NCBI RefSeq assembly: GCF_009914755.1
Contig: NC_060926.1
Direction: 5' to 3' (one strand)
From: the human T2T-CHM13v2.0 reference genome, Homo sapiens
DNA length: 64,000 nt
Below are positions 21,940-37,659 of the stretch, in pieces; within the stretch, counting starts at the first letter, position 1, and each line of letters begins with the position of its first letter. The position numbers and the translations under genes are program-made. The notes beneath the pieces were generated by a model that saw only the letters and a program-made list of their open reading frames with translations, was not told the origin of the DNA and searched no databases.

Positions 21940-22980
21940 CCCAATTCAAGATACAAAACTTGTTCCAGAACTGACTGGAAGCTATTGGTCATTTTCTGAC
22001 TTCCCTGTGCTGTAATTTATATATTTTTTCAGTTCTTGGCTACTCAGTTGAAAAAGGGCTGCTCAGATGAGGTATGGGCAGAGGTGGATGTTGGGATCAT
22101 CACATGTACTTGTAATAATTCTACATTAATAATTACTAGAGTTGAGAGCAGACCTCTGCTCAGGCAGTATGTTGGCATGTGGTGGGGAGGATACCTCTGC
22201 TTCCTGTGACCCAGGTCACTTCATTTCTGCAAACCTGCATCTGGTCTTATATGCCTTTTGCTGACTGGTTCATTTATCTACTGTGTGCCTTCAGTATTAA
22301 TACCTGACACTTCATATGCTAGCCAATTTCTCTTCTCAGTAATCACATCTTTCTTCCATTTTCTATTCATGTAAGCCCCACTTCTCAGTCTTCTCTTAAA
22401 GAGTCTAGTCATGTGGTCTCTTTCTCCACTGGCATCTGCCCAACCCTCTGGCATCTTCTATACAAATGCCAAAGCCTCATCTCTCAATGCTGGTCCATGA
22501 TAGGGCTTTGTCTTGCCTTTCATTTCCTCCCTGGCTTTGGACCAGTCCCTCTGTTCCTTTCCAGCATCTCTGTAGCCTTAATCAGTTGCGCCTCTGATCT
22601 GTGCTTGTTACACCTGCAAGCCCAGTCCACGTAATATGCTCTTCCTCCCTAACCTTCAGAAACTCCATCTGCTTCCCTGAGCGATTCCAGCCTTCCCTGA
22701 GCAATTTCTCAGGCTACTTCAGCTGGGTTCTCTTGAGGATCAAAATGCTGAAATTTCATGTGCTATTCCTTTCATCTCTTTTGAATATTCCGTTTGGCTT
22801 AACTAGGGTGCTGCAGGATCCGACTTGGCCTTCATAACTTCAGAGAGGCCCAGCATCACCCGGTGGACACAGGTAGGGTAGGAACTTCCAGGTGATCTGC
22901 CAAGCCTGGTATTGCTCACTCCCTCAGCTCCTCCATGAGCCAGTGGGGGACAGGCCACTATTTTCAGGAAGGAGGAGCAG
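21940..22980 (-). pseudogene. Putative large decayed exon H of the minus-strand pseudogene
   Basis: Acceptor ttttcttaaacccag| at 22981; about 59 open codons in the phase set by exon G, then many stops; repeat-free and purine-rich on minus; 3' end uncertain. Confidence 0.35.
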
Positions 22981-24344
22981 CTGGGTTTAAGAAAATCCTG
23001 TGGATTTAGGAGATATTTATTTCTCCTAATAATATTTGTTAGGAGATATTTATTTATTTATTTATTTAGTGGTTTTAGTGTTTTATTTTTTCTTTTCTCA
23101 GGTGGTGGGCCTTTTGATGACAGCTATGGAAAAGTCTTTCCAGAAAAATGCACGTGCACATAAAATTAGAATGTTTCCAAGATACGCATGGACCCTGTGA
23201 AACCCACTGAAGATTCCATGGCCCCAGGTTAGAACTCATTTCCCTAGAGCATATTTCATGTTTGTTCTTGGTATTTTTTCTTCTACCTACTTGTCCACTG
23301 ACTGGTTGGAAAGCATTGTCTTAATGAGATAATCAAATAGACATGAATGATTCTGATGGCCTCCTTGGCTTTTTTTTTTTTTTTTTTTTTAATTTTTAAA
23401 GCAAGCTTTGCTTCTCCTTGGGATTTAAAGAATTAGGTAGTGTTCTTTCCCCTACCTCCCAGCCCCCCATCCTCCACCAACCCTATAACTTTAAAATTAC
23501 AAGGTTCTGTCTTCTGAGTTATTTGGTGGGAATTCTCCTTTGAGTTATACTGAGAGTTCTTCAGTATTGGCTCTTTACTTCTTTCCCACACAACTCAATT
23601 TACATCTGGTGGGCTGACTAGGAACAAAGGGACTGATAGTGAAGTGGGATAGCCTAGGAATTAAGAGAATGGACCCCATAGCCAGGCTGAGGGGAGTTTC
23701 TAAATTTAGTGACCTTAAATTGGTGGCTCAAAGGCTGGAGAAGCCAGAGGGTAAGTTTTTTTTGCCTGCCCAGCCTTTCCAAAAGTTAAGTTACCTTGAT
23801 CTCAATAAAAGAGGTCAACTATTGTCTTATGCTGATCCTCTGAAAACATTTATGCCAATCACCTGCCCAAGGCAATTGAGTTTAGAATTTCACTTGCTCA
23901 TCTATAAAGGGGGCACACTACCTACCTCAAATAACTCAATGAATTTATGAATGTAAGAACAAAATGAGTTAGCTTGGTTCCTGTAAGTTCTTGACAAATT
24001 GTACATTTGATTACTGATAATAATTTTCATTGATGAATGCCTTTGGAAGTGCTTCGAGGGGGATCTGCAAGCATGGGGGTGGAGGCTGGGAGGGAGACAG
24101 GATAGACTTGAGGGATATTGAGTCCATTTGAAAATAAAATTAGGCCTGTTTCCTGGGAAAGCCACATGAAGTGGGAGAGATAATTTGGCCCAGAAAACTG
24201 AGAAACAGTAGCCTGAAATTGCTGGCACAGAGCTCACAGAAGTCAATGTCAGGAGTTCCGCCAGAAGGAGAATGAATGGTTTAGTGCTGCTTCCTGCAGA
24301 GGGAGGGAAAGCCTCTGCCAGGCCTCTTTCCCATGGAGTCTCAC

Positions 24345-24613
24345 CTTCAGGTCTTCTGTGCCTGCTGCTCACAGCTGCCCTCTTCCACTGCCCACGCCTT
24401 AGATTTCACAGGTGTTTCCAGACATGGAAATGCTTTTGATGGGGCAGCCTCCTCCATAGCCCTGGAAGGTGCGCCTGGGTGCCATGGCCCAGGCCTGGGT
24501 GTCTGGAGCTCATTTTTGTCCGTGGCTGGGATGCTTTCTGCCTGGGCTCCCTCGGGCTTCCATGAGCTGACCACCTCATCCTGCATAGTGTTGACCTCTC
24601 GTCGACTCAGGTT
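24345..24613 (-). pseudogene. Putative exon G (269 nt): NLSRREVNTMQDEVVSSWKPEG...QAQKT*
   Basis: Acceptor ttttaccctccaccaacaacag| and donor AAG|gtgaga; phase-0 start matches exon F end; frame open for 88 codons. Confidence 0.55.
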
Positions 24614-24809
24614 CTGTTGTTGGTGGAGGGTAAAAAGTATGTTGGGAGAGCCCTGATGGGGCAAGGTGGGCAGATGCTACCTTCTGACTTTGGGTGGCAG
24701 AGTGGTGGGGCTCAGCTGGATTTAAGGAGCTCAGGCTCCCATCAGAGCTGCAGGGTCTGGGGGTTGGATTGACACTGGCTTGAGGGCAGGGACTAAAACT
24801 TTTAGTGTT

Positions 24810-25030
24810 GGTACAGGCTAGAGGTTAGGAGTGCAGACCCTGGGCTCAAATCTATTCTGTTGTTTGCAAGCTATGTGACCTTGGGCAAGTCACTTAATCT
24901 CCTGGAGACTCAGTTTTCTCATCTGTAAAATGGGAATAATAATAGTATCTACCTCAGAGGATTGCTGTAAAGATTAAATAAATAAGTGAATAAGGACATT
25001 TATAAGTGTTAGCTGCAATTAGTAATGATT
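24810..25030 (+). mobile_element. MIR
   Basis: gtgaccttgggcaagtcacttaatctc...cagttttctcatctgtaaaatgggaataataatagta. Confidence 0.85.
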
Positions 25031-25589
25031 AGCATAAGGCCAGGGCATGCATTGCTGAGCTGGGCATTAGGGGCAGGCACTGTTCAGGCAGGGCTGGGGG
25101 CCAGAATGAAGTTAACCAGGGAATTAAACAGATTTGGGAAAAAGTATTAGGATGGATGAGGTTGGGGTTGGTGCTGGAGTACAGCTTGGCCCAGATTTTC
25201 ATTGAGGGGTTAGAAGAGCAGGGAGGGAACCTGGTGGAAGCAAAGGCAGCTTCTGTTTTGCCCCCAAACCTTGAACACCAATATGGACACATGTGCAGAC
25301 TCCTGTCCCTCCCCTCCACTCCCCGCTCTTGCCAGCCAGACCAGGGTCTCTGTAGTCATGGAGAGGGCTAAGAAGCGGGAGGGAGGGCTCTGAGCTATTC
25401 CATCATGGGTTGGGATTGGTGGTGGCTGTAGAGCCAGTGCCAGAGGCTGGCTGACAGGTAAGAATCACTGCTGTTGTCATCTGCCTCCCAGGTCTCCTAT
25501 CCCTAACGGCTCTCTTATCCCCATAGTTGGGAAAACCCAAGAAAAATCTTGAGAGTAGTCTTAGATCCCCAGGACAGTGAAGATGATGC

Positions 25590-26147
25590 TGTAGAGGCCA
25601 AGGGAAAACTTCCCCTTTACCCTCTGAAGTTTTGCTGAAAAATCAACTCACAGAAGGAGATTAATAAGAGAAATGACATACAAATTTATTAACATGCACA
25701 TGGGGAAGAACCACAGAGTGATTACCCCAAATCCCAATGGGGTTCAGAAGTTTATATACCCTCTTGAAGGTATAGAAAGAATGGGGGCTTGTATCCTGGC
25801 AAAACAGGTTATGGGAGGGGGAGAAGAGAAGCCCTGGCTAGCAAAGATGGTTGTGTTATGCAGGTGAAACCTCACAGGTAGCAGCCCTCAGAGTGGAGAG
25901 ATGGGTGAATGTTCTTTCAGATCTTTAAATGTGTCAGACTCTCAGTTAATCTCTCCTAGATCTGGACAAAGGAAGGCCTTAGGAGAAAGCCTGGCTGCAT
26001 CAATGCAGATTCTCTGCAGATGCAAATCTCCCCCCACCTGCAAAAGACAGCTTTGCAGGGCTACTTATGTTTGCAGGCCCTCTGAACAGCCATCTCAAAG
26101 TATGCCAAAGAAGTCTGTTTTGGGGTCCAATATTTTTATTTCCTTCA
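25590..26147 (-). mobile_element. MER34-family ERV1 solo LTR
   Basis: TG...CA ends; minus start tgaaggaaataaaaatattggacccc matches the recalled MER34 group. Confidence 0.75.
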
Positions 26148-27258
26148 ATACCAATCTTCCTCCAGGCAGCTCTGACAGCTCCGACAGCTCCAAAGCTTGG
26201 ACAGTGGGCTGGGGAGGACATGGCTGTCTAGGGAGGGCCTCTGCCCAGGTGGTGCATCAGGTTCACACACTCAGGTCCTGGTACCATTGTGCCTGGTGAG
26301 TGGTTCCCAGTGTTTGTGATCATGGTTTGCATAACCTGCAGGCAGCTAGTGGAGAGCTTGGCTCTGTAAAGAAGGAGAAGTGTGTAGCAGGCGGAGGTCT
26401 GAGACTCTAGAAAGGCAGTCTCAGCCTGCTTTGAATCAAATAGCGGGAACAGACAAATTAATTTCCTCTAGCATGGATGGGTGGGTGGACAAAACGAAAG
26501 AGCCAGAATTCAGCAGACCTGGTCTCAGGGGCAGGAGAAGAAGTAATTATTTTCATTTCATTTCAATATCCTGTTCACTTCTTATGCTGATTAGGACAAG
26601 CCCACAGTTGCTGTCTATTTATTCGTGTAGTACTGCCAGGACTGCCAGCGCTGCCATGGGAATGCACATGTTTATGCCCGGGTGCTCTTGATGTTCTCAG
26701 AGCTGCGGGCACTGCCCTAGCCAGAGGACTGCGGATGTGCCGGGGCCCTTGAGGCATCAGCATTGCTTCATGCCCCCCAGAGCCCATGAATCAGAAGAAA
26801 GCAGGGGTTGGACAGGCTGCATCGGCTGTGTGTGTGTGTGTTTGTGTGCATTTAATAGAGGCAAAGGAATGCTCTTGCATTGTGGTTTAGGGACGGAAAG
26901 GAAACTTCTTTGAGGACTAACCATCTTGGTGTTGTTAAAACTTACATTATTACATTAGGATTATTTTAAGTGGTCTGTAATAAGGTAAAGTGAAAGGAAA
27001 TGAGCAGATGAGAATCTTTCTGGGCTCTAGTTGTGAAAATCAGAATGAGAAACACCAGAGGTCTGTTTCTTAGAATCATGAATAGATTATGGAACACCCA
27101 CCATCACCATTATCGTTTGATGTTTTTCCCAGTTTGCAGCTAGTGACAGCAATTAAAGATGAAACAGAAATGAGATTTAGAACTTTGGAAAGGAAAAGAC
27201 AAAATTTTATTTTTGCAGATGATACGATTTTATATCTAGCCTACTAAAAGAAATTCAA

Positions 27259-28103
<845 letters not shown>

Positions 28104-28824
28104 TGAGTGTGTTGGCTGCAAGCAGGATATATTCAAATAAAAATATTTTCCATATGCCAGCATTGATAAACTTTAAAATATAATGAGAAAGAGAGAGGAG
28201 AAAGAGAGGGATGGAGAGATTACATTCTTTAAACTGATAAAATAGGAATAATTTTAATAAGAAATGTGCTGTAGGCTCTATGTAAAGAAAACTAAAAAAA
28301 GTTGCTCAGCATTATAAAGAAAGATGTGAATAAAAACATAAGAATGAAGAACCATACCATACTTTTATTTTTTCTGATTGTGTATGTCTAAAAATTTCAT
28401 GTCCTCCTTCATTAACTACTTATTCCATTTGTGCTATGTGCTAGGGGGTGGGGATTCAATGGTGAAAAACACAGATACTGTTCCCATCTTTATGGAATTT
28501 ACATTTTAATGGAAGAGGTGGGCAATCAAAGCATAAACAAGTTATTTAAATAAATACAGCTAACAGTAAGTATCCAAGGGAAATAGCCTTTCCCTTTGAC
28601 TTCTCCTGTGATAGATCTCTCTGATCGCCCCCTATTATTTAGCTATCTAAAGTGCCCAAAGTTTTTTTTTTAAACCACAAATACACTGCCAATAGTAAAT
28701 TTGCAGGGTGAGTTGTGCATGATCAATCTAATTTAACTGGTAAGAAAATATCCTAACAGGGGCACTGTAAATCACCTCAGCTCTCACTTACGAAGGTCAG
28801 AACTCCCTGAGTACTGGGTTCTTT

Positions 28825-30466
<1,642 letters not shown>

Positions 30467-30653
30467 TGGGTTCTTTAAGTGGAAATGTTTCTTCTTTTTC
30501 CTTTGTTTAAATGTGTTCTTGTGTAAGTCATGGGAAAGACAGGAGGGCTTGATTTGGCCTGTGTCCTCAGAAGTAGACCAGGCCTACCTCTGGATGTCAT
30601 CATGCTGGCCAAATCTGAACTTGACTAGCAAATCATAAGAATGCAGTTAGTTC

Positions 30654-31199
<546 letters not shown>

Positions 31200-31451
31200 A
31201 AGAATGCAGTTAGTTCTTCTTGATGCTGGAGACTATCACAATTTGTGGACCTCTGCTTGGCTTGAATGGTTAGCCAGGGAAGAATGTAGTTTAAATATTT
31301 TTGCATCATTATTTGTTATAAAAGTCATAGAAATGACTTTTCTAGAGATAGAAAAATACCATTATAGCGTAAGGGTGTTGAACTTAATGTGGAAACAAAT
31401 CTACCTCCAGAATGTTATTTTCTAGCCTGTTTTTTCTTCTCCATTTTTTAC

Positions 31452-31751
31452 CAGCATCTTAAACTTTTCATCTTTTTCCATTCTGGCCACACCCTGAATG
31501 AAAGTTTGCCCATTTCCTCTGCAATGTCTGCCCAAATCTTCCATCAACTCCTTTCCTTTTGCCCTATCAGAGTTTTCCAAGGGGTCCTGCAGCCAACAGA
31601 CAATGCTCAGCTGGAGAGAATACAGGAAGCAGCTAACCACATTCTGCACCGACTGTCGTCCTTTGATCCTCTCTTTATATAGTGTGCTAAGGACATGTGG
31701 AATTAATTTTGCTTCTGAGGCTTCACTAATTGCCAACTGACACATTTGTTT
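31452..31751 (-). pseudogene. Putative exon F (300 nt, phase 0-0): KQMCQLAISEASEAKLIPHVLSTLYKER...EKDEKFKML
   Basis: Acceptor acttaccttttttctag| and donor CTG|gtaaaa; 100 codons with no stop; non-repetitive. Confidence 0.6.
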
Positions 31752-32101
31752 CTAGAAAAAAGGTAAGTGTAGGCCAGGTGCAGTGGTGGATTAGGCTTAA
31801 AAATGTTTTTATTTTGCCACAAGAGGAAGCGCTGAGGGTGCTGCTTCCCCGCTGGAGCATCCAGGAATTTGAAGACTGTGCTCAAGGAGAAGAACTGACC
31901 CTTTGCTTTCTCTTTTGGGCCATGATGCTATGTCTGGGAAAGCAGAAACTCCAGTGATAAACTATTAGTGCTTGAAGGGAACTTTAAAAGCATTCATTGC
32001 AATCATTCTCTTTCACAGATGAAGTAAATGAAGCCTTGAAAGGTGAAATAACTTTCCCCAGGAGATTCCCAATTTTTAGCCCAGTGGTATTCCCAACACA
32101 C

Positions 32102-32201
32102 TTTGGCATCTGTTGTAAACTTCAGAGGCCATTACTGGAATCTGCTGGGCATGGCCCCTTCTTATACAGCAATGAGGGAATCCATGGCATTATCTTTTCC
32201 C
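32102..32201 (-). pseudogene. Putative exon E (100 nt): GKDNAMDSLIAV*EGAMPSRFQ*WPLKFTTDAK
   Basis: Acceptor tcattctctcaatctctag| and donor AAA|gtgtgt; phases fit exons D and F, with two in-frame TAA. Confidence 0.4.
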
Positions 32202-32519
32202 CTAGAGATTGAGAGAATGATTCATCTTTAAGTTTCAAAGAGACAGTGACATATTCCTAAAGCTTCATATATCCATGAGATAATGTCAAACATGTGAGTT
32301 GCTGAAACAGAAAATGCTCCCAGTGAGACAGCTGCTACAAGGAAAACCCTGCATACTTGCAGGCAGTGGAAACAATACTTTGGCTTAGACCAGGTGTGTG
32401 GTTTTTTTTTATTTGAAAGAAAAGAGAGTCTAAGAAGACAAGGATAATGCTTTAACACCCAGCATCATGAAGGAAAAAAAAAAAGCAACGTTGAGGCCAC
32501 ATTCAAGTCTCCACTCTCT

Positions 32520-33226
32520 GTTTTACCTGAAAAATTTCAAACCTGCAGGGAAATTGAAAGGATAATACAATTAGCACCTGTACATCCTTCATCTAGATTT
32601 ACCAATTGTTGACATTTGAAAATTGCAAACATTGTGACGTTTCAATTTAGCGTGCATCTCTTGAGAGTAATGTCGTTCCCCTAACCACGACAGCATGATC
32701 ACACCTAAGAAAATTAGCAATGATTCTGATGTATAATGTGTATTAAATTTCCTTTCAAATGCCTTTTTTATAACTTTTTTTCCCTCAATCTGAGATCCGA
32801 TCAAATTCATGCATTATATTTGGTTGTTATGTCTTTGGTCTCATTTAATATAGAATAGTTGTCCTACCTTTTTTTTTCTTTTATGACATTGACTTGTTTG
32901 AAGAGATCAAGCTAGTTGTCTTGTGGAATGTACCATATTCTGTATTTGTCTGATTGGTTTCTCATGATTACCTTTGGGGAAACTTTTTTGGCGCAAACAG
33001 TACTTATGAAATTGTGTCTCTTTTTCTGTTACACCAGAAGGCACGTAGCATGTTACTGAGTGTGATCGCTCAGTTGAGGTGTTTGCCATATCTCGCCACT
33101 CCTCCCTTTACAATTATCAAGTCCTTTGTGCAGTGATACTTTGAGTCCATGTGAATATATGGGTCCTCTACAGTTTTAGCATCCACTGCCTGAATTGATA
33201 ATATCATAGGTTCCAAAATGGTCATT
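32520..33226 (-). mobile_element. L1MC 3' region, first half
   Basis: L1MC-type 3' sequence ending ...caaaatggtcatt. Confidence 0.7.
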
Positions 33227-33705
33227 AAAAAAAGTTTATAATGCATATTTTTGAATCCACAGTCAGGAGTTATCTTTGAGTGACTATGGACACAGACTAC
33301 CCCATATTATACACTCCATCTGTCCAGGACTAAGCTGAGAAGCAGGATGAGCAATCAGGAGACTGAGCAGTGGGCATGAAATCACAGCCCAGTGTGTGAA
33401 TCGCTTCTTACTATAAGACTAAAATTTGAGGGCAGAACCTCCTTCAGTTTATTTATTCTGTATATCACCCCAACACCTCGTTACCACCCCCAACACCGTG
33501 TTACCCTCCATCCCTGTAACACCAAGCACAGTGTTTCACACAAAAGCCCAGAGGATGTTGTGAAATGAATGGAATTAGAGGAAAGAGAAGGTAGTGGTTT
33601 CACAAGTTTCCTGGAGGTCAAGGCAAAATCTGGTATTTGGCTCCGTCACGGGATCAACTTGTTTGTGCCTCTTTTTTTTGTGCTCTCTCCCTTTTGGAAA
33701 CTCAC

Positions 33706-33951
33706 TGTCCAGTCCTCATGCTGCATTCAACTCCATCTAAGCTTAGAGGGACTATGTTTCCAAACTCCAAATCAGGAAACAAAGCTTGATGGAATACTTG
33801 CAACCAGGAACCTACATTCCAGAATGATCTGTGCCCTTCTGTTTGCACTTGGATTTATACTATCCTCTTTCTGCATTTTGGCAGATTTTTCTCAGTCCAA
33901 TTTGCCAGTTTACAGCTTTCCTTATAATGATTCGGTTACTCTTAAATACAT
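33706..33951 (-). pseudogene. Putative exon D (246 nt, one frameshift): VFKSNRIIIRKAVNWQIGLRKICQ-CRKRIV*IQVQTEGHRSFWNVGSWLQVFHQALFPDLEFGNIVPLSLDGVECSMRTG
   Basis: Acceptor atctccctag| and strong donor ACA|gtgagt; restoring one A in caaaa gives CQKC. Confidence 0.5.
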
Positions 33952-34080
33952 CTAGGGAGATCCCTTAGACTCACCAGTAGACTTTCACATTATCTAACTG
34001 CATGGCTTGTTGATACTATTCTGAAGTCTGCTCATTTCTCCATTTCCTTCTTCCAATGTCTTTCTTGGAGTCCACTAGAC

Positions 34081-34539
34081 CTGGGGTCCCCACGGTACTG
34101 GTCTGTGGCCTGTTAGGAACCGGGCTGCACAGCAGGAGTTGAGTGGCGGGCAAGCAAGCATTACCGCCTGAGCTCCGCCTCCTGTTAGATCAGCAGTGGC
34201 ATTAGATTCTCATACAGCGCAAACCTTATTGTGAACTGCGCATGCGAGGGATCTAGGTTGCGCACTCCTCTTTTTTTTTCTTTCTTCTTCTTTTTTTCGT
34301 GTCAGATGGGTAATGTGCTAACGTCATAACAAGGTTCAAGGGTGGCAGATCTCACACATGCACGTGAATACCCAATCATCATGCTCAGGTTGCACAGTCC
34401 TTAGGAGAATCTAATGATAAATGTAGTGTGCTGAAATCATCCTGAAACCATCCCCGCCCCTCTCTGTTCTCCCTTGATCCGTGAAAAAATAGTCTTCCAT
34501 GAAACTGGTCCCTGGTGCCAAAAAAGTTAGGGACCACTG
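34081..34539. mobile_element. MER1 (hAT-Charlie MITE) interrupted by a U13 retrocopy
   Basis: Ends ctggggtcccc / agggaccactg; typical MER1 body. Confidence 0.88.
34300..34387 (-). pseudogene. U13 (SNORD13) snoRNA processed pseudogene, 5'-truncated
   Basis: Minus tgagcatgatgattgggtattcacgtgcatgtgtgagatctgccacccttgaaccttgttatgacgttagcacattacccatctgac matches recalled U13; box C TGATGA, box D CTGA; A-rich tail 34270-34297; TSD aggttgc(g/a)ca(c/g)tcct. Confidence 0.92.
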
Positions 34540-34872
34540 CGATTCATCTATTACCCACAGCACAGGGCAGGTAAGTAGGAGGTAGGGAGGATTATGCCCA
34601 TGGAGAGAGCCCTCATGTGCTGGGTGGTGCAAGAGAGGTCTCGGATTCTGATTCCAGTTCTGCCTCTACTCATTGGTGTGCGCTTTGACAAGTCAGTTCC
34701 CTTGTTCATCTTCATAGGAAACTCGGTAAAATAATTGTTTATACAGTCGGCCCTCCATCTCTGTGGGTTCCACATCCATGGCTTCCACCAGCTTAAACCA
34801 AATTTATCTTCACAAGGCTCCCCCTAGAAGAGAGGAAATTCCACAGCTTTGATGTGATGTGAAATGTGATCT

Positions 34873-35280
34873 CAAAATGATCATTTTCTAATATTATCAT
34901 TCCTTTCACATTTATTAGTTGACATTTCTATCAGATCTCTCTTTTTCCCTCTTTCTTTTGAGTATCACCATGGACTGTGGATTTTTTTAGGCAATTCATT
35001 GTGTTATCATCCATTACTATCATTGTTCTTTTATTCTATTTGCTGCTCCAGTTCTTCCAAGTTAGGGTAGCAGGAGCTCTTTCAAGCTGGTTCCTGTAAT
35101 TTTTTGACATGTCTTGGTTGGTCTTTGAGCACTTCATTGCTTTCTGGTCCAACAAAATGTCCCAGGCTCACTTTTTCTCCATTCCAGAACTGGAATGAGG
35201 ATTTCATCAAAGGATTCTTAGGGGGACTGACATTTATAAACCATGGCTCAGGTGCTAGTGCATTGCTACTGGGGGACATT
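34873..35280 (-). mobile_element. L1MC 3' region, continuation
   Basis: Starts caaaatgatcattttcta, the consensus continuation of the 33226 end. Confidence 0.7.
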
Positions 35281-35457
35281 CACGTTAAAATAAAATCAAC
35301 TTAACGATAAATTGTAGTTACATGTTTTTTCTGAGATATATAAATAATCAACTTCTCTGATCTCAGAATTAGATAAATCAGGAATGAATAACCAAGGTCA
35401 ATAATAAGAATTCTCAAAGAAGCCCCAAGAATTTTTTTTTTAAAGAAGTGTCTGAGG

Positions 35458-35790
<333 letters not shown>

Positions 35791-35805
35791 GAAGTGTCTG
35801 AGGGA

Positions 35806-36254
35806 CACTTTCTTAGGGCTGCTGTAACAAAAAGCCACAAATTGGGTGGCTTAAAATAACAGAATTTTATTATCTCACAGTTCTGGAGGCTAGAGTCCAA
35901 AATCAAGGTGTTAGCACCCTCTAAAACCTGCAGTGGAGAATCCTTCCTAGCCCCTTCTAGTTTCTGGTGTTTGCTGGCAATGCTTGGCATTCTCTGACTT
36001 GGAAATGCATCACTCTAATCTCTGCTGCCATTGTCACATGGCTGTCTTCTTCCTGTGTGTCTGTGTCCCTGTGCTTCTCCTCTCTTATGAGGATACCAGT
36101 CATATTATATTAAGGACTCAGCCTATTCCATTATGAACTCATTGTAAAGCATGATTACACCTGCACAGACCGTATTTCCAATAATGTCACTTTCACAGGT
36201 ACTGGGGTCAGGATTTCAACATATTTCTTTAGGGGATAAAATCCAACCCATAAT
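35806..36254 (-). mobile_element. MLT1C-like MaLR LTR
   Basis: tagggctgctgtaacaaa...ctcacagttctggaggctag...caacccataata. Confidence 0.8.
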
Positions 36255-36585
36255 AGACACCATAATTCAGGAGTTAGACATTCGAGAAGTGTTTAACTGG
36301 AGTATGGAAACATGAATTTTGTAGAAAGTCTGTCCTTTAAATCCTGACAAATGCTCTCCTTATAATTCCAAATTGGATGAAAAAAAGTGTCATACATAAG
36401 AAATATTTACACTACTTATTGTAATCAGTTTTCTATACTGGTTAGATAAGGATAAAAGAGAAATAGAAGAGGTATGGAAGACACTGGGAGACATATTGAA
36501 AGGACAGCAGGAGATAAGAGATTTAGGGATGACTGAGAGAGGGAATAGAGGGGAATTTAGAAGAAGAAAACGGGGAGCAGGATGC

Positions 36586-36735
36586 CTGTCTGAAGAACAG
36601 AAAGATCATTATCTGTCACCCATTCAGCTAGATTCAAACTGTATGACCTCACGCTCCATTCTGGCTCTTTACCTAATACTACATTTTTGACTTGTACCTC
36701 TTTGATAATAAGGCTGAATATTATTTTGTTTTGCT
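36586..36735 (-). pseudogene. Putative exon C (150 nt, phase 1-1): QNKIIFSLIIKEVQVKNVVLGKEPEWSVRSYSLNLAEWVTDNDLSVLQT
   Basis: Acceptor tccccatccatttgtgccacag| (alternative weak acceptor giving start 36713); degenerate donor CAG|gcatcc; no stop; joins exon D in frame (G|AT = Asp). Confidence 0.55.
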
Positions 36736-37659
36736 CTGTGGCACAAATGGATGGGGACTGAGTGATGTGCATACCTTTTGGTGTGATTACTCCAGGCGAG
36801 GGGTATCTGAGGGCTGAGGGTCTGTGAGTAAGACAGGAATGGAGTAATGGGGACAGATTTGAGCTGGGTGAGGCCACTGTCTAGGTCACTAAGTCAAAGG
36901 GGTTCTCCTGAAACCGGAGGTGGGAGTGGCTTGAGGCACCAGTCCAAAGGCCAGTTGCCAAATTTGGTGATTATGGAGGCAAGCAGAGCTTGTAGCCAGA
37001 GATGGATAAATAGCCCATAAATAACAGTATGGCAAGAGGATGGGCAGGTGTGTAGCTCCCTGTGGTCAGGAAAGGGGTATGCCCAGGACAGACAGACATG
37101 GGGAAGGCTCAACTGTGTGTCTTCCTTTGGGACCTCTCATCTGCCAAGCCCTGAAGCTGATGGAGTGGTGCCTCTTGGATGTGCTAGTGTGAAAGTCTTA
37201 GCTAGTGTAGGCCACTGCCTCCCCTGTCTCTTTCATCCCAGCCCATGTGCCTGAACCCAAGAGCCTCACTCTGACTGGGGTAACTGCTTGTTTCCTGGGT
37301 TACAGCATCCAGATCTCTCAGGGAAACTCAATAAACAATTATTACTGTGCACCAGGCACTGTTTGGGGGCACTGAAGATATATGGGGAACAAGACAGACA
37401 AGGGCTGTGTTCTCATGGAGCTGACATCCTAGTATACTTTGCTTTTGAAGCCTGAAGTGGAGGCCCACACTGGCACATTGAGGTCAGTTTACAAGAGTGC
37501 ATTTAGTTTTGTTGTTGCTTTTGTAAAAGTTTTTTTAGGTGAAAGTTTTTGATAGATAATGCTTAAAATAATAGCTGCAGACTAGTCTCAGATACAGTTC
37601 TTAGCTTTTATGACATATTACCATAGATAAAATAATAGTTATAATAACATATATATATA

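Noticed and set aside
22195-22800. Distal exon H as one continuous reading frame
   Set aside because: Stop density in a single frame is close to random; coding origin cannot be shown without alignments
31389-31682. Plus-strand ORF as a coding exon
   Set aside because: It is the antiparallel frame of minus exon F and hits several stops before the plus donor, while the minus frame is fully open
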